Source: Candidatus Hydrogenedentota bacterium
GTDB lineage: Bacteria; Hydrogenedentota; Hydrogenedentia; Hydrogenedentales; SLHB01
Assembly: GCA_045863295.1 (NCBI GenBank)
Contig: BTWA01000002.1
Location: 70,399 to 134,398 of the forward strand
DNA length: 64,000 nucleotides
Reading direction: 5' to 3'
Positions within the stretch are counted from its first letter, which is position 1; every line of letters starts with the position of its first letter. The notes beneath the pieces were generated by a model. That model did no database searches. It saw only the letters and a list, made by a program, of their open reading frames with translations, and was not told the origin of the DNA. Positions 1 through 9,890 of the stretch are shown here, piece by piece. The position numbers and the translations under genes were made by a program.

Positions 1-1
1 A

Positions 2-1561
2 GTCCTCCTGCACGGATACCAGGCGTACGGCGACACGATTCTGGATCGCTTGAATGGCATGTTTGCTTTTGGCGTATACGACGCCAATCGCAAGCGGTTG
101 CTTTTGGCGCGCGACCGGCTGGGCATCAAGCCCCTATTCTACACCGTCGTCAACGGCCAATTGGCGTTTGCTTCGGAAATCGACTCGCTGATCCGGTCCG
201 GACTCGTAGACGGCCGAATAAACACACGTGCCATTCACGCATATTTTACAAGACTGTATGTACCCGGACCGGACACCGCATTTCTCGACGTGCTCAAACT
301 GGGTGCCGGCGAAGCGCTTGTCTTTGAAAACGGCCGGGCGCAGAAGCGCCGCTACTGGACTCTATCGATGCAGCCGGATTCGCACTGGACCGAGGCCGAT
401 GCGAAGGCTCGGTTAAATGAACTGCTGGAAGACTCGGTGCGCCTGCAGCAGGTGGCTGATGTTCCGGTGGGCGCGTTCCTCAGCGGCGGCGTGGATTCCA
501 CGGCCGTGGTGGCATTGATGAGGCGGGTGGGTGTGAATCCGATTCGCACATTTACCATTGGCTTTGACGACAAACATGCGGATGAGTTGGCTTTTGCACG
601 CCTCGCGGCGCGGCACTATGAAACGGACCACCACGAGGCGATACTGAAGCCGGACATAGCGCCTGTTGCGGAGGGTATTGCACGGCATTTTGGCGAACCG
701 TTTGCCGACTCTTCGGCCATCCCGATGTGGCTTGTTTCCAAGACGGCGCGGCAGCACGTCACTGTGGCCCTCAGCGGCGACGGCGGGGACGAACTGTTTG
801 CCGGTTACGCATGGTTGCACAATACCTTGAAGGCAATGCGGTACGGACGGACACCAGCAGCGTTCCGGGGACTGGTGTCCGCGGCGCTTGGCTTCGCGCC
901 TCGTTCGCCTCTGATTACCAAGGCGCGGCGGTTTAACGCGGATTCTTTTCTGGAGCCGCGGGCCATATTTGAACGCAGGCAGACGTGCATGGATGCCACG
1001 ACCCGCAACCAGTTGTTCCGGCCGGATTTTTTGCATGCCGTCGATAGTGACTTCGATGGGCAAGACGCGATGCCGCCGGAGGAATGGATGCAGCTGCGAG
1101 ACACCACACGGTACTTGCCCGACGACATTCTGACCAAGGTGGATCGAATGAGCATGGCGCACGGCCTTGAGGCGCGCGTGCCCCTCCTTGATCACCGGTT
1201 GGTGGAATTCGCAGCCACGCTGCCGTTTCACTTCAAGTACCGGGGCGGCGTCTCGAAATGGATTTTGAAAGAAACCATGCGGCCCGATTTTCCACCGCGT
1301 CTGTTGAAGCAGCGGAAGCAGGGGTTTGCGATTCCGATTCATCGCTGGTTTCGCGAAGAGCTTCGGCCGGTTTTTGCCGATACGGTGTTGTCGACGAATG
1401 CGCGATGCGGGGCTGTCTTGCGTCCCGAGACGGTCGACCGGTTGTACCGGGAGCACCAATCGGGCCGCGAGAATCACGGACATGCCCTGTGGTCAATATT
1501 GATGTTCGAACTCTGGCTCGGCTACTTTGCGACCGTGCCGGGAATCGGACCGGGTTTTTGA
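2..1561 (+). CDS. asnB: Asparagine synthase (glutamine-hydrolysing) family amidotransferase, 5'-truncated by window edge
   Basis: Frame open from position 2 (VLLHGYQAYG...RLNGMFAF); motifs ARDRLGIKPL, FLSGGVDS, LSGDGGDELFAGY, KVDRMSMAHGLEARVP. Confidence 0.9.
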   Translation, partial: VLLHGYQAYGDTILDRLNGMFAFGVYDANRKRLLLARDRLGIKPLFYTVVNGQLAFASEIDSLIRSGLVDGRINTRAIHAYFTRLYVPGPDTAFLDVLKLGAGEALVFENGRAQKRRYWTLSMQPDSHWTEADAKARLNELLEDSVRLQQVADVPVGAFLSGGVDSTAVVALMRRVGVNPIRTFTIGFDDKHADELAFARLAARHYETDHHEAILKPDIAPVAEGIARHFGEPFADSSAIPMWLVSKTARQHVTVALSGDGGDELFAGYAWLHNTLKAMRYGRTPAAFRGLVSAALGFAPRSPLITKARRFNADSFLEPRAIFERRQTCMDATTRNQLFRPDFLHAVDSDFDGQDAMPPEEWMQLRDTTRYLPDDILTKVDRMSMAHGLEARVPLLDHRLVEFAATLPFHFKYRGGVSKWILKETMRPDFPPRLLKQRKQGFAIPIHRWFREELRPVFADTVLSTNARCGAVLRPETVDRLYREHQSGRENHGHALWSILMFELWLGYFATVPGIGPGF

Positions 1562-1603
1562 CATGTTCCGTATACAAATGCGATTCAAACCGGGATTAAT
1601 CCA

Positions 1604-2020
1604 ATGAACACTTCGGTAATTCGGTGCTTGCTGGCGGCAGGTCTCGTGCTGAGCTGCACGGCATGCGTGTCGGTTCGTTATAAAGGCGAAAGCCGGGCGC
1701 CGGTCCAGGCCGTAGACGAATACAACGCGCGCGAAGACGTGAAGCGGGCATTTGTCGAACTGGGCACCATTGAAGTGCGGGGGGACTATTCCAAGACCAC
1801 GGTGGAAGGCATGAAGGCGCGGGTGGTCAAGGAAGCGGCCAAGCGAGGCGCCAACGGAGTGATATACACGGTCGCGGAGCGGCGCACGACGCGCAACACC
1901 GATTTCGCCGGCGCATTTGAACCGCACGAAGGGCCGGACGAATTCCGAGAGCCGGATGTAGACGAAGTCTGGCTTGTGGAAGCCATTCTCATCGCATACG
2001 ACGCGGCCACAACCCCGTAG
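1604..2020 (+). CDS. Hypothetical lipoprotein
   Basis: Signal peptide with lipobox-like Cys (LSCTAC); AAKRGANGVI segment typical of small YbjQ-like lipoproteins. Confidence 0.6.
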   Translation: MNTSVIRCLLAAGLVLSCTACVSVRYKGESRAPVQAVDEYNAREDVKRAFVELGTIEVRGDYSKTTVEGMKARVVKEAAKRGANGVIYTVAERRTTRNTDFAGAFEPHEGPDEFREPDVDEVWLVEAILIAYDAATTP

Positions 2021-2220
2021 AACAACCCCGCGTTTAACCGGCTGACGCACTGCGCCATTGTTGCCGCGTATGCCGCGTGGCATGATGGGCTCCGGTGGTA
2101 ATGCGCCAATACGATTACGGCATACCCAATGGGCAATTCCGGGCTACCGCTTTCCTCATGAGTGCTTCCCGTGCGGGAAAAGGAGCGGCAAACCCCCACT
2201 ATAGGACCGATCTGGGCGAT

Positions 2221-5200
2221 ATGACGAAGTTCCTGGACTACCTGAACGATCACGTGCTCATCCTTGACGGCGGCATGGGCACGCAAGTGCAGAATCTTGG
2301 TCTTGACGATCTGGATTACGGCGGCGTCGATTTCAAGATGCTGCCGGATATATTGGTGTTTTCGCACCCCGAGGCGATTCGAGACATTCACCTCAATTAC
2401 TTCCGGGCGGGCGCCCATGCGGTCGAAACCGATACGTTTGGCGCGACGCCGTTCCGTTTGGGCGAATACGATCTTTCGAAACTCGACTTGTCCCGGTTTG
2501 CGCCGGTCCCCTACGGAATCGATTTGCGTTCGATCGATCACCATGAATTCGCTTACTACGTGAGCCGGCGCGCGGCGGAAATTGCGTGCGAGGCGCGGGC
2601 GCTCTATCGCACCGAACCGGAATATGACGGCCGGCCACTCTACGTGGTGGGTTCCATTGGACCCTCGAACCGCGTGCTTTCCAGCACGGACGCAAATCTG
2701 CAACTTTCCACGTTCGATGCGATGATGGCGAATTTTCATGTTCAGGTGAAGGGCCTTGCTGAGGGCGGTGCGGACGTGCTGCTGTATGAAACGCAGCAGG
2801 ATGTGCTCGAACTGAAAGCGGCCGTCATGGGCGGCAGGAAGGCGCTTGCCGAAGCGGGCAAGGACTTGCCGATCATGGCGCAAGTGACCGTGGACGCTTT
2901 CTGCAAGATGCAGATATTCAACACCGACATTCATGCCGCGCTGGTAACGATGGAAGGAGCGGGCATCGACGTCTTCGGGATCAACTGCAGCATCGGCCCC
3001 GACCTGATGGGGAAAACGATTGAGAAGCTGTCTCGCTTTTCCCGTTTGCCGATTTCCGTCGTTCCCAATGCCGGTTTGCCGGTTTCGGAAGACGGCAAGA
3101 CCGTATACCGATTCAAGCCCGAGGACTTCGCGGAATACCTGTACCGGTTTGTGACGGAGTACGGCGTAAACATTGTGGGCGGATGCTGCGGCACGACGCC
3201 CGATCACATACGCGCGGTGAGTGCGCGCCTCAGAGGGGTGCGGCCCAAGACACGCACGCCCGATCCCGGGTTGTATGTTTCCGGCCCGCAGGAGGCCGTC
3301 TTGCTCGACAGCCGCGAGTCGCTGATCATGATTGGCGAGAGGCTCAATGTGCGCGGTTCGGCCAAGGTACGGAAGGCCGTGGAAAGTGGCGGCCCCATCG
3401 ACCATCATGCGCTGGAAGAGGTCGTGCACGAGCAAGTGCGTGATCTGGGCGTGAAAGTGATTGATGTCTGCATGGACTCGAACATGGTGGATACAACCGC
3501 CGCGCTCACAGAGGTCATTCACAAACAGACCACCGATTTTCAGGGGGCCATGTGCCTCGATTCGTTTGCGCTCGAGGCGCTCGTCGAGGCCATCAAGGTG
3601 TATCCGGGACGCCCCATCATCAATTCCATGTCCATGGAAGACGTGGAGGATGGGGTCACCAAAGTTGAGGCCGTGTGCCGGGCGACGCGCGATCACAATC
3701 CCATGTACATTGGGCTTGCAGCCGGACCGAAGGGTCCCGGCGCCACGGCGGACGAGAAGGTGGAATTGGCAAGGCAGATTGTGGAGACCGCCGGCCGGTT
3801 CGGCGTGAAGCCCGGCCAAATCTTCATTGACATGAATGTATTTCCTATCGGATCGGAATCCGACGATTCGATGAATTTTGCCGTGGAGTCACTGGATTCG
3901 ATTCCCCGGATCAAGGCAATACACCCGGATTTGCGCACGACGTGCGGCGTTGGCAATTTGACCAACGGGTTGGCCAAGAAGCCGTACATGCGTCAGGTAC
4001 TCACCAGTGTTTGGCTTGACGAGGCGCGCAAGCGCGGCCTGGACGCGGCGATCATCAATCCCAATCATTACGTGTTTGTGCGCGATCTCGATCCCCACGA
4101 CTACAAGCTGGCACTGCGCACCATTCTCGAGCGCGACATGGAAGCGTTCGAGGAATTGGAAGAGATCGCGGAGCGCAAGAAGGGCGGCGAGGTCAGGAAG
4201 CGCACTTCCTACGATGAATTAGCGGTGGAAACCGCCATCTGCGAAAAGATAAAGGACGGTTACAAGGAACGGGCCTCCGGATCCGTGGATGTCGACGGAC
4301 ACACCTACGCCTACCAGGACAAAATCGTGCTGCAGGTGGTGGAAGCTGTAAAGCAGCACGAGCCGCTGCAATTCATCAACGCGCACCTCATGAAGGCCAT
4401 GAACGAACTGGGCGACGGCTTCGCCCGGGGCGAGGTATCCCTGCCGCACCTGTTGAAATCGGCGGATGTCATGAAGCAGGTGATGGGCTTTCTCGAAGAG
4501 TACATGCGTGTCAAAAGCGGCGTGGATGTGCATACAAAAATAGAGTACAAAGGCACGATCGTGCTGGGCACGGTTTACCAGGATGTGCATTCGATCGGCA
4601 AGGACCTCGCCAAGACACTGTTTGAGAACTATGGCTATCGGGTGATCGATCTGGGTGTTATGACGCCGCTGCAAAAGTACCTCGACACGGCCAAGGAAAC
4701 CGCGGCGACCGCGATTGGCATGTCGGCGCTGCTGGTGCAGACGTCGAATCATATGATCACTGTGTCGAAGATGATGCAGGAGCAGGGCATGGCGGACGTC
4801 CCCGTGCTCATTGGAGGCGCTCCGGTGAACGATCGTCATGCGGCGTACGTGGCGTTGGCGGGTGAGCAGGATACGTCTCAGATGCGATCCAACGTGTTCT
4901 ATTGCCCCACCGCGATGGATGGCGTGAATGTGATGAATACGTGGACCTCCAACGGGCAACGCAACGAGTTGATGGACCGCAATCTCAGGAAACTGCAGAC
5001 GCAGTTCGAGAAAGCGGAACGGCTTCAGGAAGAGGAAGAGAAACTCCTTCGCACGTTGCCGCGCCGCGACGTGAGCCTGGAGCATCATGTACTGCCGGAG
5101 AAGCCGTGGTTCGGCGTTGAGCGCGTGGAACACTCGCTGCGCGCGTTTGCGCCTTACCTCGATCTGAAGACGCTTTTTGCGTTGAACTGGAAATTCGGCG

Positions 5201-5844
5201 GCAAGGCGCACCGCCAGAAGTCCGGCGACTCGCCCGAGAAGCTGCAAGCTCTGTTCGAGGAATGGGTGCAAAAGGCCGACAAGCATGCGTGGCTTCGGCC
5301 TCAGGGCGTGTTTGCGGTGTTTCCCTGTCAGGCCGAAGGCGAGTACGTGTACGTGTACGATCCCGCCGATCTGAGCCGCGAACTTTGCCGGTTCCGGTTT
5401 GACGTGGTGATTGGCGCGGGGCGGAAAGACACCGTGTGTGCCGCGCAGTATTTCTATTCGCAGAGCCTGGGCCAGTTCGATGCGATCGGGTTGCAGATTT
5501 CGACCAGCGGCCCGCAGGTCGATGATCAGATCAACGCATTTCGCGAATCAAAAGACTCCGAGTCCACCCTGTACCTGCAGGGTCTGTCCGATCGGGTCGC
5601 CGAAGACATGGCGGACTACATTCACGGCCTGCTTCGCGAACGCCTTGGATTCGACAAGGCGCGCGGGGCGCGTTGGTCGCCCGGGTATCCCGCGATAAGC
5701 GATACCGCGTATAATGAGAGTATTGCAACGCTGCTTGATGCGACGTCCCGGATTGGCGTGAAGATAACGGAAGCTGGCGAGTTTTCGCCCACCGGCACCA
5801 CGGCCGCCATCGTTTCGTTTCATCCGGACGCGCGGTACACGTGA
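2221..5844 (+). CDS. metH: Cobalamin-dependent methionine synthase
   Basis: LDGGMGT, GINCS and GGCCGT (Zn/Hcy domain), IGERLN pterin domain, DVHSIG (DxHxxG B12 motif), SPGYP reactivation domain; start taken at ATG 2221 (MTKFLDYL). Confidence 0.93.
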   Translation: MTKFLDYLNDHVLILDGGMGTQVQNLGLDDLDYGGVDFKMLPDILVFSHPEAIRDIHLNYFRAGAHAVETDTFGATPFRLGEYDLSKLDLSRFAPVPYGIDLRSIDHHEFAYYVSRRAAEIACEARALYRTEPEYDGRPLYVVGSIGPSNRVLSSTDANLQLSTFDAMMANFHVQVKGLAEGGADVLLYETQQDVLELKAAVMGGRKALAEAGKDLPIMAQVTVDAFCKMQIFNTDIHAALVTMEGAGIDVFGINCSIGPDLMGKTIEKLSRFSRLPISVVPNAGLPVSEDGKTVYRFKPEDFAEYLYRFVTEYGVNIVGGCCGTTPDHIRAVSARLRGVRPKTRTPDPGLYVSGPQEAVLLDSRESLIMIGERLNVRGSAKVRKAVESGGPIDHHALEEVVHEQVRDLGVKVIDVCMDSNMVDTTAALTEVIHKQTTDFQGAMCLDSFALEALVEAIKVYPGRPIINSMSMEDVEDGVTKVEAVCRATRDHNPMYIGLAAGPKGPGATADEKVELARQIVETAGRFGVKPGQIFIDMNVFPIGSESDDSMNFAVESLDSIPRIKAIHPDLRTTCGVGNLTNGLAKKPYMRQVLTSVWLDEARKRGLDAAIINPNHYVFVRDLDPHDYKLALRTILERDMEAFEELEEIAERKKGGEVRKRTSYDELAVETAICEKIKDGYKERASGSVDVDGHTYAYQDKIVLQVVEAVKQHEPLQFINAHLMKAMNELGDGFARGEVSLPHLLKSADVMKQVMGFLEEYMRVKSGVDVHTKIEYKGTIVLGTVYQDVHSIGKDLAKTLFENYGYRVIDLGVMTPLQKYLDTAKETAATAIGMSALLVQTSNHMITVSKMMQEQGMADVPVLIGGAPVNDRHAAYVALAGEQDTSQMRSNVFYCPTAMDGVNVMNTWTSNGQRNELMDRNLRKLQTQFEKAERLQEEEEKLLRTLPRRDVSLEHHVLPEKPWFGVERVEHSLRAFAPYLDLKTLFALNWKFGGKAHRQKSGDSPEKLQALFEEWVQKADKHAWLRPQGVFAVFPCQAEGEYVYVYDPADLSRELCRFRFDVVIGAGRKDTVCAAQYFYSQSLGQFDAIGLQISTSGPQVDDQINAFRESKDSESTLYLQGLSDRVAEDMADYIHGLLRERLGFDKARGARWSPGYPAISDTAYNESIATLLDATSRIGVKITEAGEFSPTGTTAAIVSFHPDARYT

Positions 5845-5890
5845 TGTTTTTTGGGCTTGAAGCAGTGAGGCGGCGGGTTGAGGTTGAGCT

Positions 5891-5929
5891 TTTACCCCCC
5901 CTTGATCCCCTCCCTCAAGGGAGGGGAGA
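5891..5929. repeat. REP-like palindrome CCCCTCCCT-CA-AGGGAGGGG between metH and hicA
   Basis: Perfect inverted repeat seen in sequence, no U-tract. Confidence 0.5.
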
Positions 5930-5976
5930 ATGGCGCAGATGCGAAGCATGTAAATTGAACCCGAGTAACTTCGAAA

Positions 5977-6180
5977 GTGAAAGTTAGAGAGATCATCCGC
6001 ATTCTGCATCTTAGAGGATGGCAACTTGTGCGAACCAAGCGCAGCCATCGTCAGTTTAGATCGCAGTCCCATCCTGGAGTGGTGACCGTTTCAGGGAATG
6101 ACAATAAGGACATTCCGATAGGAACATTGAAGAGTATCCTGCGGCAAGCAGCGATCGATGAAGAGGAGCTTCAGCGATGA
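5977..6180 (+). CDS. hicA: HicA family toxin (type II TA)
   Basis: 67 aa, GW..RTK(R)SHRQF...VTV...DIPIGTLKSILRQA; overlaps hicB start (ATGA). Confidence 0.88.
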   Translation: MKVREIIRILHLRGWQLVRTKRSHRQFRSQSHPGVVTVSGNDNKDIPIGTLKSILRQAAIDEEELQR

Positions 6181-6392
6181 AATACATGGTTGTTGTCGAG
6201 CATGGCGCCAGCAGCTTCGGGGCGTACGTGCCGGATCTTCCTGGTTGCGTGGCTGTGGGCGATACGCGCGATGAAGTCCTGTCACTCATAAAAGAGGCCG
6301 TCGAACTGCACATTCAAGCCATGCAAGAAGCTGGCGAGCACGTGCCGTCGCCTACTTCCGATGTTGCGTTTGTTGATGTGCATGCGGCTTGA
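6177..6392 (+). CDS. hicB: HicB family antitoxin (short form, no DNA-binding domain)
   Basis: AYVPDLPGCVAVGDTRDE...IKEAVELHI signature. Confidence 0.9.
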   Translation: MKYMVVVEHGASSFGAYVPDLPGCVAVGDTRDEVLSLIKEAVELHIQAMQEAGEHVPSPTSDVAFVDVHAA

Positions 6393-6418
6393 CTCGTGCC
6401 AAAAGGAGCCAACCTGAA

Positions 6419-6955
6419 ATGAGTGACAACGCCATTGCCGACGCATTTCTCGAATCATGCGTTCGCCGCCTCAAGAACGACAAGATTCTGGGTGAAAAGG
6501 CCATCGCCCAATTGAGCGACGAGGAGTTGCTTTGGCAACCGGATGCCGAGTCCAACAGCATCGCCATCATCATTCAGCACATGCACGGCAACATGATTTC
6601 GAGATGGACCAACTTTCTCACTACCGACGGCGAGAAACCCAGCCGGAACCGCGATCGCGAGTTTGACCTCTACGACAACCTGAACCGAACCGATCTGATT
6701 CAATTGTGGGAGGAAGGTTGGGCGTGCGTCGTGGATGCGGTGCAGGCGTTGAATTCGGGCGACTTGCTGAAGACCATCACGATCCGCGAACAGGAATTCG
6801 GTGTCATCGACGCCATTCATCGTCAACTCACGCACTACGCGTATCACGTGGGCCAAATCGTATACATTGCCAAGCATCATCGCGGCGCGGCATGGGAGAC
6901 GCTCTCCATTGCCAAAGGGAAATCGGCCGAATTCAAACCGGGCAAGAAAGACTAG
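6419..6955 (+). CDS. DUF1572/DinB-superfamily protein
   Basis: SNSIAIIIQHMHGNMISRWTNFLTTDGEK.RNRDREF, HYAYHVGQI. Confidence 0.85.
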   Translation: MSDNAIADAFLESCVRRLKNDKILGEKAIAQLSDEELLWQPDAESNSIAIIIQHMHGNMISRWTNFLTTDGEKPSRNRDREFDLYDNLNRTDLIQLWEEGWACVVDAVQALNSGDLLKTITIREQEFGVIDAIHRQLTHYAYHVGQIVYIAKHHRGAAWETLSIAKGKSAEFKPGKKD

Positions 6956-6962
6956 AGCCGCC

Positions 6963-7259
6963 ATGGAAAAGAACGAGCTGCCGTTTCAGAAAATGATCTT
7001 CGTATGCTGCAACCAGCGCGAGCCGGGCGATCGCGTGTGTTGCGCCGACTGTGGCGGGCCGGTGCTGCAGGAAAGACTGAAGGCCATGGTGAAGGAACGG
7101 CAGTTGCGTTCGAAGATTCGCGTCAGCAAATCCGGTTGCATGGACCGGTGCGAAGACGGCCCCAACCTCATGATCTTCCCCGATAACATCTGGCTCAGCG
7201 GGGTTCAGGAAAGCGACCTCGAAGGCATCCTGGATTCCGTGGCCGGTTCATTGAAATAG
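6963..7259 (+). CDS. Thioredoxin-like (2Fe-2S) ferredoxin
   Basis: IFVCCNQR..CC...SKSGCMDRCEDGPNLMIFPDNIW; start ATG 6963. Confidence 0.85.
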   Translation: MEKNELPFQKMIFVCCNQREPGDRVCCADCGGPVLQERLKAMVKERQLRSKIRVSKSGCMDRCEDGPNLMIFPDNIWLSGVQESDLEGILDSVAGSLK

Positions 7260-7287
7260 CCGCGATCCGCCGGACTCGGGCCTTATT

Positions 7288-8112
7288 CTAAGCCTGCACG
7301 ACGACAAATTCCGTCGTAATCGTTTCCCCGTCCACATGAAACAGGCGATAGCCTTTTTCCGCCGTGCCGTCATGGTTGTCGCGTGTCGTGGAGCAACAGG
7401 CCGTCGTAGTGAAGAGAATGCCCTCGCGTTCTTCTTCCTGGTTGCCGTGGTAATGGCCGGCGGCGACGAGCTTTACGTTGTGCTCCGCGAAAATGCCCAG
7501 CACTTCGTCCGCATTCTGCACCCGATAGGCTTTCGAGTTCGGGTTGAACGGATGGTGAGAGAGGATGGCGATCGGACGCGACTTGTTCGCTTTCTTCGCG
7601 ACCTTCTGCAACCATTCCATTTCCTCGTCGCGAATGGACACGTCGCTCTTGGTCGCGTCGCACGAGTTGAGGCCAATGAACAGCCAGCCCTTGTCGCCGG
7701 TGTGCCAACTCGGTTCGTCAAAGGCCCGCTTGTAGTTGCCGAAGATGTCCTTCGACTTCATGTAGACGTCGTGATTGCCGGGAATGACGAAGTGTGGCCG
7801 CACAAGCCGATCGAGCGAGTTCTTGGCGAGATTCAGCTCGACCATTTCGCCGTCGGTCGCGAGATCTCCAAGCACGGCGGTGAAGGCCACGTCCTTGTTC
7901 GCATTGATGGAATCCGCCGCGCGATTCACAATACTCGCACTGCGGCCGTCGAGGATGTGCAGATCATTAATCGCGGCAAAGGTGAATTTGCCTCCGCCGC
8001 CGGGGATTACATCGACCCGTGAAATGGCTCCAAGGCTTTCCTTGGTCTTGGCGCACCCTGCCAGGCTGGCCGCGCCGATAAAGGTAAGAAATTGCCGCCG
8101 CGAGAAATCCAT
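7288..8112 (-). CDS. Tat-exported calcineurin-like metallophosphoesterase (lipoprotein)
   Basis: SRRQFL Tat motif, LAGC lipobox; DLH, GD, PGNHD, SHHP, AGHYH motifs. Confidence 0.88.
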   Translation of the reverse strand: MDFSRRQFLTFIGAASLAGCAKTKESLGAISRVDVIPGGGGKFTFAAINDLHILDGRSASIVNRAADSINANKDVAFTAVLGDLATDGEMVELNLAKNSLDRLVRPHFVIPGNHDVYMKSKDIFGNYKRAFDEPSWHTGDKGWLFIGLNSCDATKSDVSIRDEEMEWLQKVAKKANKSRPIAILSHHPFNPNSKAYRVQNADEVLGIFAEHNVKLVAAGHYHGNQEEEREGILFTTTACCSTTRDNHDGTAEKGYRLFHVDGETITTEFVVVQA

Positions 8113-8191
8113 ATCCCTCTCCTTACACCCACGCCACATCAGGCCGCACCCGGAATGAATCCCGTATTGTTTGAATAAACGGTCCGCCGTG

Positions 8192-9637
8192 TCAAGTGCC
8201 GGAGGCCGCGGCAAGCGCCGTGGCCCCACCCTCGCGTCTCACTTCCGGGAAGGCGGCCTCATCTTCGAGTAGAGGCGCCGGTTTGCCGCACAGATACAAG
8301 TCGAAAAACGCGCGGAGATATTCACGGTTAATCTCCATCATCCTGGCGCCGTCGATGGGACCCTTCATCCCCAAAGTGCCCGCCAGCGGCGAAAACAACC
8401 CGGTCATGACAAAGTCGTTGTGGTTCGATCCCACCACGGACAAGAGGCGCTTGTCGCCCGTGGCGCGGTCGAAGAAAATCTGCTGCTTGTCGCGGTTATC
8501 CCCGGTCGACCACGATTCGCTGTTCATCATAAGGAGCGGTTTATCGAACGACGCGGCGAAAACATCGTCCGAAACAGGCTCGATCCAGATGTCCTGTCCG
8601 AAGCACGCCTTGCAACGCGGATCGCGCGCGCATACTTCCACCACCGCGCCACCGCCTGTGCTGTGACCAAACAACCCGACGCGATCCAGATCGAGCCGGT
8701 CTTTGAACCGCGCATCCAATTTGCCGTTCGCGAGTCCGGCCAATCGATCCAATACAAACGAAAGATCATCGGCATACATATCCACGAGGCGTTCGATGCC
8801 CGCCTGATACACCGCGTCGCCGGTATCCTTGGGCATCAGATCGGGGTGCAGCGGTTCCACCGTGCCGTCCGGAAACACCGTTCCCATGGCGCCATGCAAA
8901 TGGTCAAGAGAGACGACCGCATACCCGTGGCTTGCCAGCGATTCGAGTTGATCCGCATTTACCACGCGGAACCCGCGCCACCCGTGCGAGTACACAATGA
9001 CCGGCATCTTCCCCGCCGTCTCCGCGATGGGCGCATCTTCCCACGCGTTCAGTTGAACGAGATTCAGGTGATTCAAAATGAATTTGGGCAGGCCGAAGAA
9101 GCCCGCGATGGCCGGACCCACTTCATCGGTGCGGTGCATCCACGCCATCCGCTTCGAACTTTTCGCGGGCGAAGCCGGATACCAGATCTGCGCGACAATT
9201 TTTCTCGGGCCGGTTTCTCCCCCTGCGTAGACGGTCTCGCGGCTATCGTCTTCCCAGACATATACCGACGAGCCAACCTTGTACGGACCGCCCGGCGCGG
9301 GGAGCGCAGGCACCGGCAGCAAATAAGCCGCCGTCGCTCCCACGCCCGTCAGCAATAGGCCCGCCACCCCGGCGAGCCGGGCTCCCGGGGTTGGATCCGC
9401 CGCGCGTTCGGCTCCACCCACGAAGCGCGGCGCCATCAAGGCAAGCGCGCCCAGCGCGACGCCGTACACGGGGATCATCTGCCAACGGTAGCCTTCCACA
9501 CCGGCATGGAGGAGCAACAACACGCACAACAACAACCCCATCAACCACGATTCGGGCTCGTACACCCGCCCGGTGCGGAGGGATCGCGCGGCCCACGCAA
9601 ACGCCACGACAGCCAGGGGGATTTCAAAAAATTGCAC
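8192..9637 (-). CDS. Membrane-anchored alpha/beta hydrolase (PAF-acetylhydrolase-like)
   Basis: N-terminal TM helices; QIWYPA, YSHG, LASHGY, GHSTGG nucleophile elbow. Confidence 0.85.
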   Translation of the reverse strand: MQFFEIPLAVVAFAWAARSLRTGRVYEPESWLMGLLLCVLLLLHAGVEGYRWQMIPVYGVALGALALMAPRFVGGAERAADPTPGARLAGVAGLLLTGVGATAAYLLPVPALPAPGGPYKVGSSVYVWEDDSRETVYAGGETGPRKIVAQIWYPASPAKSSKRMAWMHRTDEVGPAIAGFFGLPKFILNHLNLVQLNAWEDAPIAETAGKMPVIVYSHGWRGFRVVNADQLESLASHGYAVVSLDHLHGAMGTVFPDGTVEPLHPDLMPKDTGDAVYQAGIERLVDMYADDLSFVLDRLAGLANGKLDARFKDRLDLDRVGLFGHSTGGGAVVEVCARDPRCKACFGQDIWIEPVSDDVFAASFDKPLLMMNSESWSTGDNRDKQQIFFDRATGDKRLLSVVGSNHNDFVMTGLFSPLAGTLGMKGPIDGARMMEINREYLRAFFDLYLCGKPAPLLEDEAAFPEVRREGGATALAAASGT

Positions 9638-9890
9638 GCCACACCGCTCCGATAGTCAATGCCAACGATTGTTTGCCGGACACCCGACAGCCACGGGCCA
9701 CCCGTGCTCCCATAGTACACGAGCGCCGCCGTCTTTGAAATAAAAGGCCCGCAAACGTATGATAAGAGGCTATTTCCGCTGGAATTCGGGCGCTTTTTTG
9801 TTCCGGTATGCATGGTCACGGATCTTTTCAACGATTTCGGGGATTACAGGTCATGCAACGCCAGCACACACTTACGTTTAGGACAGGGCA

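Noticed and set aside
2021..2220. Possible SAM/SAH/cobalamin riboswitch upstream of metH
   Set aside because: Only a modest hairpin (about 2147-2188); no recognisable conserved riboswitch core.
1786..3819. 677-aa minus-strand ORF, and similar long antisense ORFs at 413-1483, 9828-11093, 37075-38121, 49318-50910 and 59030-60070
   Set aside because: Shadow frames opposite well-supported genes in GC-rich DNA; no recognisable motifs.
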